Shown: in pieces, positions 12,801-25,300 of the stretch
Layout: the number at the start of each line of letters is the position of its first letter
How positions within the stretch are numbered: the stretch's first letter is position 1
Assembly (NCBI RefSeq): GCF_001949145.1
Contig: NW_019091358.1
Coordinates: 3,218,535 to 3,282,534, forward strand
Source: Acanthaster planci
Lineage: Eukaryota
Length of the DNA: 64,000 bases
Direction of reading: 5' to 3'
Made by a program: the position numbers and the translations under genes
The notes under the pieces: model-generated
Database searches by the model: none
What the model saw: only the letters and a program-made list of their open reading frames with translations
Told to the model about the DNA's origin: nothing

Positions 12801-13709
12801 ATTTATTGCTACGGCCAAATTTTGTTTTGAGAGTTTGTGTGAAGTCTCGACTACATATACCACGCACACAGTACAATGGTATATTTATTCAACCACGTAC
12901 ATTCAACAGCCTTTCTTCCACTCATTATACTGAACAATTTCATAACACATGATCGATGACCCACCAATCAGATGAACTTCAGGTGTTGCATAATACCATT
13001 TATCAAACAGTGGCCTCCACAAATCACTTTGAATGGTAAACCATGGAGCCCCTGCTGATCTGTTTTATTCAGTATGAGTGATGTAAACCTGACCTCTAAC
13101 TGGCCTTTAACATACAAGAATTCTACAGATGCCCCTAATTTTCCCCTACAGTTACCGATTAGCCATCTGAAAGCAATAGCATGACCAAAAAAAGTGTTGC
13201 GGTACATGTATTCACGTAGAAAACACTTAGAATTTTTCAGACCAATCTCACAGGGTTTGTGCACGGGGTGTCAAGCGGCATCTTTCAATGGAACTCTTTC
13301 CCTTAAAGCCAGGATACATAAGGGTAGACCAGATGCACAAAAGAAAAGTTTACTTTGAAAGAACTGATATTCATTTCATAATTCACTGTCCAAATTTTTT
13401 GACCCCCAAAAACATGCAAACATAAAACAACTATTTTGTATCTGTTGTATCTTCAAAAACATTTTCAAAAATAAACTGAACAAAACTTTGTCCCTCGCTT
13501 AAATCCTCGGGTGTACTACTAGCACCTTATGCCTCGAACAATTTACTTGGTTAAACCATGGTAGAAAGAACCAAGACATAACGCGAGTCTATACACCACA
13601 CACCACCACGTACGTACATGTACCTACCTGCCTTGCTTCCGAGAATTACACACCACAGCAGGTAGCACTGCGAGGCAACGCGAAGTGACCACCATCGCGA
13701 GAGAACCAT
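715..13709 (-). CDS. Receptor-type protein tyrosine phosphatase-like protein (signal peptide, mucin stalk, TM, single degenerate PTP domain); 10 coding exons, 3' end not found
   Basis: Exons joined in phase with GT/AG: 13628-13709, 7754-8913, 6854-6991, 5992-6213, 5376-5456, 4546-4707, 3268-3405, 2436-2570, 1799-1953, 715-874 (811 codons, open). PTP motifs: TRVPL, FLNASFV, YIATTAP, NFWEMVWEQ, CPWYWP, PVVVHCSDGCGRTG, IRHDRGAAV, HYVFIY. The last visible exon ends at a GTGAGT donor; the terminal exon was not identified. Confidence 0.88.
1799..1953 (-). CDS. PTP-like exon 9 (HFWFTQWPV ... GPVVVHC)
   Basis: cttcag acceptor, phase-2 donor inside HC|S, as is typical for classical PTP genes. Confidence 0.9.
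2331..2427. mobile_element. hAT-like MITE with 8-bp TSD, inserted at a PTP splice donor
   Basis: Degenerate TIRs (cactggtgaaaccagg / ctagatccgcccttg); perfect direct repeat CAGGTTAC at 2323-2330 and 2428-2435. Confidence 0.7.
2436..2570 (-). CDS. PTP-like exon 8 (VCPWYWPRDEG...LLIKNIQ)
   Basis: ttgacag acceptor, CAG|GTAACC donor; CxxYWP motif; not in the ORF track. Confidence 0.88.
3268..3405 (-). CDS. PTP-like exon 7 (YIATTAP ... NFWEMVWEQ)
   Basis: ctgcag acceptor, GTG|GTGAGT donor; PTP motifs 4-6. Confidence 0.9.
4546..4707 (-). CDS. PTP-like exon 6 (TRVPL ... GFLNASFVK)
   Basis: ttttttcag acceptor, AAG|GTGGGT donor; PTP motifs 2-3. Confidence 0.85.
5376..5456 (-). CDS. PTP-like exon 5 (NYPSHVLS...AITEEFE)
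   Basis: ttaacag acceptor, GAG|GTGTGT donor; EEFE is typical of the helix preceding PTP domains; not in the ORF track. Confidence 0.75.
5992..6213 (-). CDS. PTP-like exon 4, cytoplasmic juxtamembrane region
   Basis: ttccag acceptor, CCG|GTAAGG donor, 74 codons LYRSHL...DEEDYAAP. Confidence 0.8.
6374..6472. mobile_element. piggyBac-like MITE, TTAA-flanked
   Basis: TTAA|CCCCTTG...CAAAGGGG|TTAA; related sequence in inverse orientation at 59770-59840. Confidence 0.75.
6854..6991 (-). CDS. PTP-like exon 3, transmembrane helix (VGVSLSLLITVSVVTIAVY)
   Basis: tttcag acceptor, AAG|GTAAAG donor, 46 codons, phase 0/0. Confidence 0.85.
7312..7563. mobile_element. Sola1-like MITE
   Basis: About 45-bp imperfect TIRs (gtgacccactccatgaaatcgagtc... 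/ ...gactcattttcacagagtgggtcac) with 4-bp AAAT direct repeats (AWWT-type TSD). Confidence 0.7.
7754..8913 (-). CDS. PTP-like exon 2, Thr/Pro-rich mucin-like stalk plus Cys-containing juxtamembrane domain
   Basis: Lies in the 401-aa ORF; acceptor ctctcgcag, donor AAG|GTACAC. Confidence 0.85.
8350..8419 (-). repeat. Coding 21-bp tandem repeat (TTR[ML]LQQ x3) in the mucin exon
   Basis: Translation TTRMLQQTTRLLQQTTRLLQQTT. Confidence 0.8.
9861..10672 (+). mobile_element. Helentron-associated / DINE-1-like non-autonomous rolling-circle element with an internal 253-bp tandem repeat
   Basis: 5' hairpin AGCTGTTCCCAAT-ctca-ATTGGGAACAGCT (9862-9891); 3' subTIR TTGGGAACAGGTA (10632-10644); 3' stem-loop GTGTTTG-ttca-CAAACAC; CTAG end; T-rich flanks; two ~253-bp units starting at 9974 and 10227. 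Confidence 0.75.
10742..10945. mobile_element. hAT-like MITE
   Basis: TIRs cagtagcgaatccag / ctagatttgctgctg with G- and C-runs inside; no clean TSD. Confidence 0.55.
12477..12652. mobile_element. Palindromic MITE, copy 1
   Basis: Whole-length imperfect inverted repeat; homologous copy at 28427-28604. Confidence 0.7.
13628..13709 (-). CDS. PTP-like exon 1, signal peptide MVLSRWWSLRVASQCYLLWCVILGSKA
   Basis: ATG at 13709, hydrophobic leader, phase-1 donor GTAGGT that matches the phase-1 acceptor at 8913; CpG-rich surroundings. Confidence 0.72.
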
Positions 13710-16168
13710 GGTGAGAACTGCGTGGCGCGGAAACACTGAACCACAGACCTTTGTCGAGCTTGAAGTCACCTAAAGCTGGACGAATCCCAGTCGCAAATAT
13801 GGGGACCTTCCCTTATTTCACATACTAGGAAATACTGTCGTCACATCTTGGGGGTTTTGATGGAAGAATAGCTAACTACGAACGTGGTACATTTTGAAGC
13901 TCTCTTGCTATCGCCCTGGCGTCTAGTCTGCACACACCAAAGCAACTTCGTGTCGGTGCTATCGCAAGGGCAGGTTTGCCGCGACACGACAGATTGAGGT
14001 GACAGGTGTTTTTTGGGGGGTGGCTGGTATTGCGAGGTCTGGTTGCCTAATTATCACCAAGGCAATCTCTAGGTACTTCGAAAGTTACAAAACGGGATCC
14101 AGACTAATAAAGTTTACATGGAACCCTGCGCGAGTGGTGCTGATTGGTACGGCTGCTTCCACCCACCAAACCACACATTAATGAATGCAAATTGCATCGG
14201 AAAACTCGGGGTACCCAGACCTCAGATAATCTACGGATTAACTCTTTATCAAAGTAAATTCAACTTGGCCTACTTTTTTAAGAAGGGTCGGATTTTTTCT
14301 TGTGAACGTGACCTCCATTTCATTTTTGGTGCTGACGCAAAGGAACTCCAGTCACTGAAAATGGAGTCATTAGCTAACTTCATATTTTGTCCAACAGCGA
14401 TGCCAGTGGGATATTTAAGGATGAAAGTTTTTAAGGTGAATCCCGTATCTCCATACATGTTCGAATTTTCAGTTCATAAAATTGCCAAAACGCAGTCCAC
14501 ACATTTTTTTTACGGGGGGGGCATCGCTGATCATAAGTTGTTAGGAAGGTGTGTGCCGTGTGAGTCTAATTTTTATAGAGAACTTTCCCTCCCTATTTTT
14601 AAACACTTGGTAAATTCATCATGAACCTTAAAAAAAGTAATTTTTCCTTCCTTGGGTAATAATGAATAAAAAATACAAGCTCACAGAAAAACAAATTGAT
14701 ATTTCAATAAAAACTTCTACCACCAATAGTTATTTTGGTGAAACTGTGAAATTGGTAATATTAATAATTGTGACAATTTTCAGGGTAAAAATCTCTTTTA
14801 ACGTATACTGCTAAAGGCCACAGTTTGTAATCCTTTAAAAGACAAACCAAATTGAACTTCAATTTTAAAACTCACTAGTAAAACCATGACCAACTTTCAG
14901 ATTTAAGTTTTATTTTCAAAAATACATATTCTTAACATTTCTATATTTTGCTGACAGTAATTTCTTAAATTTATATAGCACAATAAACATTACCAAACTT
15001 ATGTCAATAGTTTCGCTTTATAGAGTGCTCTGTGAATCTATTCTCTCAATTAAAATTGTCTTTCATCTTCTCAAATTACAAGATCAAGGTATCACATAAT
15101 GCATTTAATGCCCTTTCCATTCGATGTCAAAGCAAATCAGGGTTTGTGCCACGGTTCATTCTCATCAAAGAATACTGTAAGCAGGGTACCAGCTACCAGC
15201 CAAAACTGTTGCCACCAAGTGGTGAGTATTTACAGACTCTAGCTACAATCCTGAGTAACTGGCGACTTTATACAAGTGCCTTAAGCTCCAAATAAAAGGG
15301 TACATGGCAAATAACAAACAAACAAAAACAGCATTTAGCTTCCTACTTTGACTGAAAAGCACAGCACAATTTGGAGATTTTTGAGACGCTTTGTGGCAGC
15401 CAAGTCCACTGTTGTTTGCATGTTGTGTGATTGCTCCAATAATGCATGCAGTAGTGGACAAGTCACGTGAGTATACCAGGCAAGATATGGGATGGAGGGG
15501 TACCCCCTTACCTGTCCAATCCCTATACACATTCTAGACTATTGTTACCTAACACATCCCCCCCCAGGAAGTCTGTAAAGAGTTCCTGAGATTCTGATCA
15601 AACAATGACCGACACAAATGTACGTGAGACCGGTAAATTTACAGCCACCAGATCAAATGTCTCAAAAGTCTCCAACTGACGTGGTATCATCTACTTCAGA
15701 ATAAGAGTCGCATGTTTAACAAGTGTTTTAATTATTCATCTGCAAATAAGAAATATTTCAAAATTGAGCATGTCCTTCCAGAAAGTTCTTCCTTAACATA
15801 AATTCTATATTTCTATGTGACGATGTACAGAGTCAGATGAAAAAGCTGTCACCTCTTCCACCGCGTCTTTCTGAAATACGCTGTAAGTGGTTCTTTCACT
15901 ATTTCTGATTTAGACTCTGCTCTGAGAACAAACACTACCCAATCACCAGCAAGACAAACAGAGGATAGAAGACTTGGTGTGTCTCACCAAAGGGTTGTCA
16001 TGTAAATACATGCACTAAGCACACTTAAATAACAACTTATTCTCAGATATGCCAGTTACTAACTCCAGTGAAAAAAAGCCAATATGCTGCAACAGCAGAT
16101 GAATGCACGAAGTAGCTAAATACAGTAACATACAATGGATTACAAAAGTAAGGACTTATAAAGTAACT

Positions 16169-16353
16169 TTTTGTGACAGTGAAACAAGTCATCGTTATAA
16201 ATGCACAAAATTCTACCAAGGTAAGGGTGCTTCTTATTTCCTTGAACTACACAAAAAAAGGAAGTCATGTTTTGTGACAGTGAAACAAGTCATCATTACA
16301 AGTGCACAAAATTCCACCAAGATAGGGTGCTTGTTTCCTTGAACTACACAAAA
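16169..16353 (+). repeat. Tandem duplication, ~101-bp period x2
   Basis: ttttgtgacagtgaaacaagtcatc...tttccttgaactacacaaaa occurs at 16169 and 16270. Confidence 0.8.
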
Positions 16354-18828
16354 TACAAAATAACATAAAAAATTACTCTCAGCTGGAGAAAAAAAGATTG
16401 TGTGTTTCTCATGAATACAAGACACTTAACACCACACTGGACTATTACCAATATGTTCCCACAGAAAACACAAGTTTAACAAAGGACAGTTGGAGATTTC
16501 AATAATTGGCAGTGACTAAATTTTGTTTCTTTTTTTCTACAGGGGATTTTTTTAGAAATCTGCCCCCTTTCTTTGTGAAAACTACAAACCAAACAATGCC
16601 ACAATTAATTTAAGGTAAAATTAGACACGTAACAATCCAACGAGTTAAATATTCCAGCAACATTATTCATTATAAGTCCTTTCCAACATTTTCCATATTA
16701 GTACTAAGCCAAAATGCTCTTTATCCCAACAATTAAAAAAAAAATATTAAATTTAAAAGCACATTAGATTTCACGATACTTTAAGAAATTGTCATTTTAA
16801 TAAATTACTTTAAGATTGTCATTTAATTAAGAGCAAATAACTGTAAAATTTAAATGCCTGAATGCACTTAGGACCAAAAGACAGTTTGTTCCAGAACTTC
16901 ACCCCTTTTTATCCACTGTTGTTATTTTAAGAGACCACATAAGTCATACAAATTGTAAATTGACTGCCAAGTATCATTATGAAATAGAAAACAGCAGTGA
17001 TATGAATAACTAAACTTAAGTCGAATTATTACGATTAAGCATATTCAGAAGTAAACATTTACATTTTGACGGGCAAGTGCTTCTTTGATGACCTTTTTAT
17101 ACCTTCTCATTATCATTCAAAGATTGGTTTAACCCTATTCAAAACATTACTTTGTGACTCTTTTTTTAAGGACCCCCCCCCGATTTTTTGGCACCCTGCT
17201 TGTACTTCAGCTTCCAAAAAAGGAGCATTAAGCCCCATGTGAAGAAACAAAGGCTGAACTCAAATTCCTGTCAAGCCCGCAAAATCCTTCAAACTCGCAT
17301 GAGCATTTTTTGAAGGACACGGGGAGGTTAATAGCGACAACAAATCAATGACATATCCTGCAGCAAGGGGGGGGGAACAAGTTGGATGGTCATTTCAGGA
17401 AACGAACAGGTTCAGTATTTTAAAAGAGAAGCTCTTTCAGGAACAAAGCGCATGCATGAGTCAGCACATGGCTGCCCTAATAGGACAGACTACAGCGCAT
17501 GCCCGTAGCTGTTCCCAAATAGCCTCATGCTGGGTATGCACTGTTGGAATACCGAACTGGCTCATTCCATTCCCCCCCACACAATACCTGGATAAATCAA
17601 TGCAAAGAATCCAAACAGTTTCGCATGTTCAGAGTCAAAGCACTGTGACTGATTTCTCATTCACTCTGAATCTGACTCAAGTACTGCAGGAGTATTTGAG
17701 AGAAGATCTCAAAGAGGATCTCAACCACCACAGCTGGTTTAGTTGGTAGCCTAACCCAACTGACATGGTAGCACACTGGTAACCCAGGCACACATTACGT
17801 ATTCAAAAAAAAAAAAGGGCAGGGAAAACGTCTCATGGGGTCCAGTCCTGCCATTCCAACAACTCTACAGCTAGTAAGCTTTCCCATACACACACACCAA
17901 AAAAAAACCCCTGGCATTGTGACTCGGCTCTTTTTTGAGGGACCAATCCTCTGTAGAACGCATTCCAATTCCCCTCCCCTCAACTGAATGCCGGGTTAAG
18001 ACCCCACAACAACCTAACTTCAACAGTGTTAACAAAACCCAGCGATTTCTGGAAAGAAAGCCATTCTCTAGACATTTTGTTCTGTAGCCACTGAAGAGTG
18101 CCTTTCTGCAGCAAGGGTGATATGCACTCCAATCTGGACCACGTAAGGATGCAAGAATATATGAGTCACTTTGGCAGTGTCTTTTGCTTTCGCGGTGCGT
18201 GTTAAAATCTCTGTGAGTTTTCAGTTTTCCTTTGCCACTGCAGCTGCTGGCTGAAAGGGCAGACACAAAGTAGCAAACACAAGCTTTAGACTGCTTTTAA
18301 ATAGCTGACTCAGCACATCAACACAAGCTGACCCGTTTTGCTTGTGGGAGGGGTAGTGGCTTCAGAATGACTAGGAGATATTTGTGACAAAGTCTACTGA
18401 ACTCGTCTTTGTAACTCAAGTTGATTTATGGATTTTACTGGGCATTTCCCCAATGTTTCCATTCTGCCTGAGAAATTTGGAGTAGGTCACAAATGGCACT
18501 GTGGCTTTTAGTCAGCATATGAATTAACTCATAAAGTTTTCGCTTTGCCCAAGTTTGCCCTGGTTTAAATCAACCCACAGAGGCACCCTCTACTGACTGG
18601 ATTTTTTTTGGCTTTTAAAAATCAGTGAAATAATACTTGTACTGTTTACCAAAGTGTAAGGAACTAAACTTAATATTCTAAAAAGTTACAGTAAACACCG
18701 GACCCTGACAAGCACAAAAGTATCATGACTTACATTTCTTTTTTCTGTCACCACCTTAAAAAAAAAAATTGAGTACTTGCAAAAGAGAACAAATTGACAG
18801 TCTAACACATATTCACCATATCTATTAA

Positions 18829-19439
18829 CCACTTCCTGCCGGGTGGAATTTGCACATGCGGGATGAGTTGACAGGCAATTTTCCATGATTTTTCCATTTT
18901 CCAAATTGTTCAAAAATGCATAACTTCATTTACTGAATGCTTACACCCATACGAATGACTGTCTGGTGGCTACTCTAATCTGACAGGCAATCTCCATTGA
19001 CGCCAGGGTACTGCAGCCAGGCCTCCCATCCAGTAAAGAGAGCCCGGTATTGTGTGGTGTTCCATAATTTCCTTTGTTCCCGAAACTGGCCCATTGCGTT
19101 GCTGAATGGCAGTGGTGTCTTTACAAATGCGGCCAGATTAGCATGCAGCGGTATTGTATCACTCATCCCTGGAGTGCTGGAGCACTTTTGTCCCCGCTGA
19201 TAATCCACGGGCACTGAATGCCGCAAACAGTGGTATACTGTTTCAAAACAATGATGGATTACCTCCGAAAATGCCAGCATTCTGTGTTGAAAATTTTTGG
19301 CAATTCCCAGAAGCTGAGCCTTTTGTTCCGAGTCTGGTCTATTGTTACAAGACCCAGTTCCTGTTGTCCAATTTCGGGGCAGCCCGGCTATGCGTAAAAA
19401 GCCAACATCTCCGGTACCTGGATCCCGGGCGCTAAGTGG
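18829..19439 (+). mobile_element. TTAA-specific (piggyBac-like) non-autonomous element, full copy, in the probable MFSD12 3'UTR
   Basis: TTAA|CCACTT...AAGTGG|TTAA; homologous along its length to 40317-40903 and, inverted, to 39840-40312. Confidence 0.82.
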
Positions 19440-19621
19440 TTAACATACATCCTCTATAAATAAGAACACTATCCAGCAAGCCGGCCATCCAGAGTGTCCT
19501 GTTTCACTCCTGACTCAAAGCACAATGGCCTGATGCATTTCATCTACTTGCCTCACCTGTCCTAAAACTGTTTTACGGATATACGTCGGGGTGGCATCCT
19601 TCTTTTTGTTTTTACTTCTGT

Positions 19622-19800
19622 CTAAGCAGTACTGGTATCACTTGAGCTGACACCTCCTTCTTGTATGGAATGGACAGACCCGTATCTGTCAATATCCGAA
19701 GAGCTGGAGTTGACCCCAAACAGTCGTTTGCACTCGTCGCACTGCTCAATCTCGCTGTCGGTATCCTCTTCCGTATCGCGGAGTTTGCAATACGACCGAG
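19622..19800 (-). CDS. MFSD12: MFSD12 terminal coding exon, acidic/Ser-rich cytosolic tail
   Basis: ccattcag phase-1 acceptor matches exon 10; [14 protein letters not shown]...SDTSTA* (TAG 19622-19624). Confidence 0.75.
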
Positions 19801-22298
19801 CTGAATGGAGGAAGCAGACCACAGAAACATTGAGGATTTTAGACAGTTGGTTCGGGGGTCACATCCATAACAGAGGGGGCGTCCGAATTCAATCAGCGCT
19901 GCTTGCGTACAAGCGTCAGTATTATTTGATGTGGACTATAAGTTCAGGTATCAGGATGGCATAGTCCACCCATGGATTGGCTTTGCACGCCCCCTCTGAT
20001 TCTGTGGGGAACGGTACAGTACTCCTCCCAACTCATAAACTATTTGCAAATGTCTTTTTTCAACAGGTTTCTTCAGGCTTGAAAGCTACAGTGCCTATGG
20101 CACTTCTGAGGAATCCTCATAAAGCCATATATAAAAACTAGAACTTCCTGTTCTCGGCACAGAGCAAATTTGACACTGTCCTGGGAGCAGACATTTTGAA
20201 TCCATCTGCGTGCTTGTGAAACACTCAAAATCAGATAGACTGAAAATCAAATAGTGTATTCTCACCCGTACTGTAACGCGCAAGTTCAACATATGCAAAC
20301 GTCAACGCATCTTTTGAATAAGACGCATACAGCGGCACATGCTTATTTTGATCCATAGCCGATTATTTTAAAACAAATGTTTCCCTAACATCCAAGCAAG
20401 GTCATCCAATTTCGTATGCATGTCTTTCGATGGCTGTCTTTTGATGAATTAGTTCAGCTAAGTTAAAGAATCGTTCCCTTAATTCAGTCAGTGTTAAGTG
20501 TGTTGACGGCTCTGCAGCAGCAACTATCGTGCTTATTGGGTTAAAAAAACATCGCAGCAAAGTTCATGAGCTGCACATGCATACGTGCACTCGTGTGCAT
20601 TTTTTGGGGGCGTAGAACAAAATGAAATTCTCCTTTACTGATTGCACCTTCGAGTTGTTTGTGTATCGGCTTTGTTGACGTATAGTTTTAAAATACAAAC
20701 ACAGATGTGTAAATAGCCGAACAAAACCGACACAAAATTTCAAGTTTCCATAGGTTTGTACACAAACATGGGTGCGCCCAGCAGGTATCACTTTGTACAT
20801 GGGTCAGCGCTCTGGTTATTATATAAAGCTCTATGGAAATTCTTGCGTTGCATAGCCAGAAATGTTTCAAAAACAATTTGCGGACCAGATCAAGAAGTAC
20901 TTTCTGCCGTGGTGCTATGCTTTCACTACGGTCACACGCACGCATTCAATGTTACTTCAACCAACAGGATGTTGTGACATATCAACATACACTTAACCCT
21001 CCATTTCAGGAACGCGCTCAAGAATGTGACGCCATTTCTACCATGGCATCTTCTCCGATAAATTGGTCTCCTTGGCTGACTCTCAAGTTGTCAAGAAATC
21101 ACCATGATGCATTCACGGTTTGCTTTCTATTTTGTGGAGACTCTTTGCGGACACGGCTGCCGAGCAAAAATATGTGCTCAGCAGAAACCAAGTGAGAACT
21201 GGTGAAAATCAAAAGACAATACCTGAAATAATGCCTGGTAACCAGCTTCTGCTAAATAAGTACTAATCTGTGCTTAGCAAAATGTTATGCTTGGCGGCTC
21301 TAGAAAATGACCTCTGATCTCCTTCTGCAAATACTTACTTGATGAGGGTGGTTAGTTTTGTACATTCCAATGAAAACTAGAAATGTGAACTCTACATTAA
21401 TTGTGCGCAAACATGTACTTGTAAGCAATGCACAGTGAAGTGCACTTGTTCTCATGTATAGATGAACACAGCCCTGCCTAATAATTCTTTGCGGAAGAAG
21501 GGTTTCAGACCACAAGACACTCACGTGGTTTCTTTCTGGTGCCTACAGTCACAGGGAGCAACGTCAGAAGAACAACTAGCCCCAACACGGCTGCCCCACC
21601 AGGGACAAACACCTGGACATTCTTGTAGAACGACTTGCAAGCTGGACAGCAGTTTCTGCTCAAAGAGAAATATGTACAAAAGACAGGGCTATCAACCCAT
21701 TCCACCTGCTTCCAATGAAACAAAGTCAGTAACAGTACTCTGATTTCCTATCATGTTTATGTCAACCCTTTTAAAGGCATCCATAAGTTGATGTGCGTTT
21801 TTGTTTGCCTTTGGAGGGAAGTTCAGGTTTTTTTTCCAGTTTACAGGTATTCTTATTTGCAGATATTTCTGTCTCACTCAGTGAAAGATTTTGTCATGGA
21901 ACCAGGAACGGTACTGTTGGCAACATGGTTCTTCCACACTCCAGAACAGGAAGTGGGAAAATAACTTTTGATTTCAGGGGTTTCCAGGCTTGGAAAAACC
22001 TACTGCAAAGTTTGAAATCTCTGATTTCAACCAGGCTCAATCATTTCTTTAAGCAACTTGAAGAAGTCAGATGATATCAGTATTAGCAACAAAAATGTTT
22101 TGTATTGTACTGTACTATAATGTGGTTCAGCAGTGTAATTTCTCTTTTGTTAATAGTTCGTTAAAATTATGTTTAAAGCTTTTTACATTGTCTTTTTAAC
22201 ACTTTAATTGTATTATTTTAGTAGTGTGTAAATTGGGATCCTTGGGTAATCAGTAATTTTGTTTGTCACTGAATGGAACACCCACAATAAATAAGAAA

Positions 22299-22329
<31 letters not shown>

Positions 22330-25300
22330 AGTAGGCTATTCTCAACACGTTCCTCTAACTTGACAAAGCCTGCAATACAGTACATTGCATTTAAAAGTTA
22401 ATGTTGTGAAAAGGAATGGGAAAAAATGCAAAAGGAATTCGCATTCGCATTTTGCATTTTGCCCACAACTTTACCCCCCTGTGAATTCGCAGTAAATCAG
22501 ATGTGAAAGGGACAAACGACGTGGGAAGACAGTGTGAAAATCATACGAAAACTGTACAAATTTTTGTGAACAGGGCGTGAAACATTTGTGAAAACAATGA
22601 AAAAAAAAGTGTGCAAAAACAGTGTGAAAATTTTGTGCAAGCGGTGCGAAAGGTTCCATGACGCAGGCTGCTGAAGCGATTTCCTCGGCTGAGCTATTCG
22701 GTCCATGCATTTTTCAGGTGAACATACTCACACACAGGGATGAAAATACTGGATGACAATGACAGCTATGCCATTGGACAGCTTGTCGGTGAAGCTCATG
22801 GCACCGTACACGAAGGCACCTGATTCCTGGGAAAGTTGACAAAGACAAAAACGACTGAACACTGCAGTACACTGTACCTTTGGTTTCTAAGCAAAATTTC
22901 TTTGGTCCTGATCAGGATGTCTGCTCTTCAAAACAGCACTCGACCTTCTTTTGGTTTTTTTTAACACTCCAAAACAACATCTTTCTTCACTTCAAACCAA
23001 AAGAGTTTGAATGCCGAGTCAAATTATTTAGAGAATTTTTGCAGGGCCTAGGGATGGGCAAGAAACTCACCGGCAACAAAAATGACAAAAATGAATTGTG
23101 ACATAGGGTCAATTCTGATGAATATTGGTGACTTTCATTCACGTCTCCCATGTTCTTTTCCATTTTCTCCTTTTTCCATTTTTCAAATTTTCTCCCCCCC
23201 CCGGTATCCATCCCCTCCATTTTCCCTTTAGAATTTCCATGGCTGGGGAATTTAAGGATTTAGGTCTTCCCAATCCCCTTTAATAACCCAAACTTGGCGA
23301 CAGGGATTTACGCCACTGGATGCACCTACAAAAATGTACTCACTGTGTTGTGCGAGATGAGATCTGACGTCAGGGCTAAGGATGTCACCAGCAGCGTGGA
23401 GCCCCCTGCCCCCAGCAGGCAGGCAGCACCGTAGACCTGAAAGCCAATATCAGGGACGTACAGCCAGCCACAGCCGCCCAGGAACACCAGCACGCTGATG
23501 AAGTACGTCAGCTGTCAAGAATACGACAATGGTAATCAGACCTGAAATTTGCTCTCAAGCCAAGCCATCAGCCGGTGTTGTATGATATCGGACAAACGTA
23601 GGCACACGTCCCCGCCGTGTACTAGATAATGCAGGGATTGCTGGCCACCAATGTTCAACGATTTCTGCGCTGCCTTTGATTTTCCTTAACCCTCCTATGC
23701 TAAGATGCATTCTTGACACAGTTGTCGTATCAGTCAAAATCAGTCAAATTTCCCATACGTGTCTGTGTACTGGGGAAATCAATTGGAAGGCATTTTTGAC
23801 TGTTTTTGACGGTTAAAACACCAGGGGGATTAAATCAGAGAAATAGGTGAAAAGACCAGCACGACAGAGATGTGAAAAAAAAAAAACAGTTGACTGCTGC
23901 GATGCGGGATATGATGTTTTGAGGGTGTTCAAAATATCATATTCCACATCACAGCAGACAACAGTTGGGAAGTAACGGCCATTCTTCTGGATACAAATGC
24001 ATCATGCCGCCAGGACTTTGCATCTCACAAGAAATGTTAGCATGTGTCGAGCGCTCACCTTTCTGCCCAAGTATTTGTTAACCAAGCCAGCCAGAAATGA
24101 TGCTGTGAAACCAGAGACGTAAATCACGAGTGGGACGAGAGCGATCGTGGTCTAAGAGAGGGTAAAAAAATAATGGCATCAGCTTAATATGGGTCTTCCC
24201 ACAAAAGCCATTTCAGCATGGAATACGTCTTGCATAGGGACACGGTCGCATGCAAGAAAATTCCGGGGGGAAAAAAATTACAATTACATGTATAATATTC
24301 TTAAAATGCTAATCCACAGTAAATGTAACAAATTCACACACGACTCTGTATGATACACATTCCTACCTAAGAACAGCCGATGAAAGCCATTTGTCTTGAA
24401 ATGAAAAACTTAACTTGGAAATGACCTGGGAATTTGGGTTTTTCTCACCTTGTTCAATCCGAGGGTCTCCGTCACATACATGGGAATGTACACCTGGGAG
24501 ATGTTGACCATCAGCCGACTGGACATGTATATCAGCGCAACCTAATGGGGTAACAATATAAGACAAGAAACAACAGAAGAAAGCCTGCCGTTAGCACAGC
24601 TACTTCAAGATGATGAGGGTTTATGGTATGCCTTGAGAAGGAAATTTCTGCAAACTGTTAAGCAAAGAGAACTAGTGACGGACAGCCACCAAAGGACGCA
24701 GTTCAAGTAAAACTCATGTTACCCTAGTATTGTAGCACCTGGCTTGGACAGATTTGACTTGTTGCTTTACCGACTTTTGTTGAAATAAATACAAATCTGC
24801 ACCATCGACATTTTGTGGGCAAAAGTCAACATAGCATTACCAACTTTTGTTGAAATAAATACAGCAAAATATGCACCACTGACATTTTGTAAAGAATTTC
24901 AGAAAAAAAAGCGCGCAGGTACCATATTCCCTGTACCAAATACCATTATGACACCGAAAAGGCCTTAACAAAAACAAGACTTGTGACTTGATTTGGGAAA
25001 ACTGACTTGCAATTTAACTTGACCCAGGAAAACTTGAGTTGTGACTTTACTTGAATTGAGAAAAAAATGATTTGTGACTTGACTAGGAGAAAACTGAACT
25101 TGTGACTTGGGAAAATGACCCTGCGACCTGACTTGACTCAACGAACAAATGGACTTTTGACTAGATGTGGATAAAATTGACTTGGTTACAACACAAATAT
25201 TTGCCAACAGACCTGATAGAACTGGGATTCAAATAGCCAGTCCTTCCACAACATATTGCACTGCTCCTGGTTCTGGCCAAACTTCATCTTGTTGACGATG

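Noticed and set aside
14118..14624. 168-aa + strand ORF upstream of the PTP-like gene, a possible divergent gene
   Set aside because: No recognisable domain, Phe-rich AT-biased composition, no supporting splice structure
24768..24890. ~70-bp tandem duplication
   Set aside because: Ordinary local intronic duplication with no sign of function
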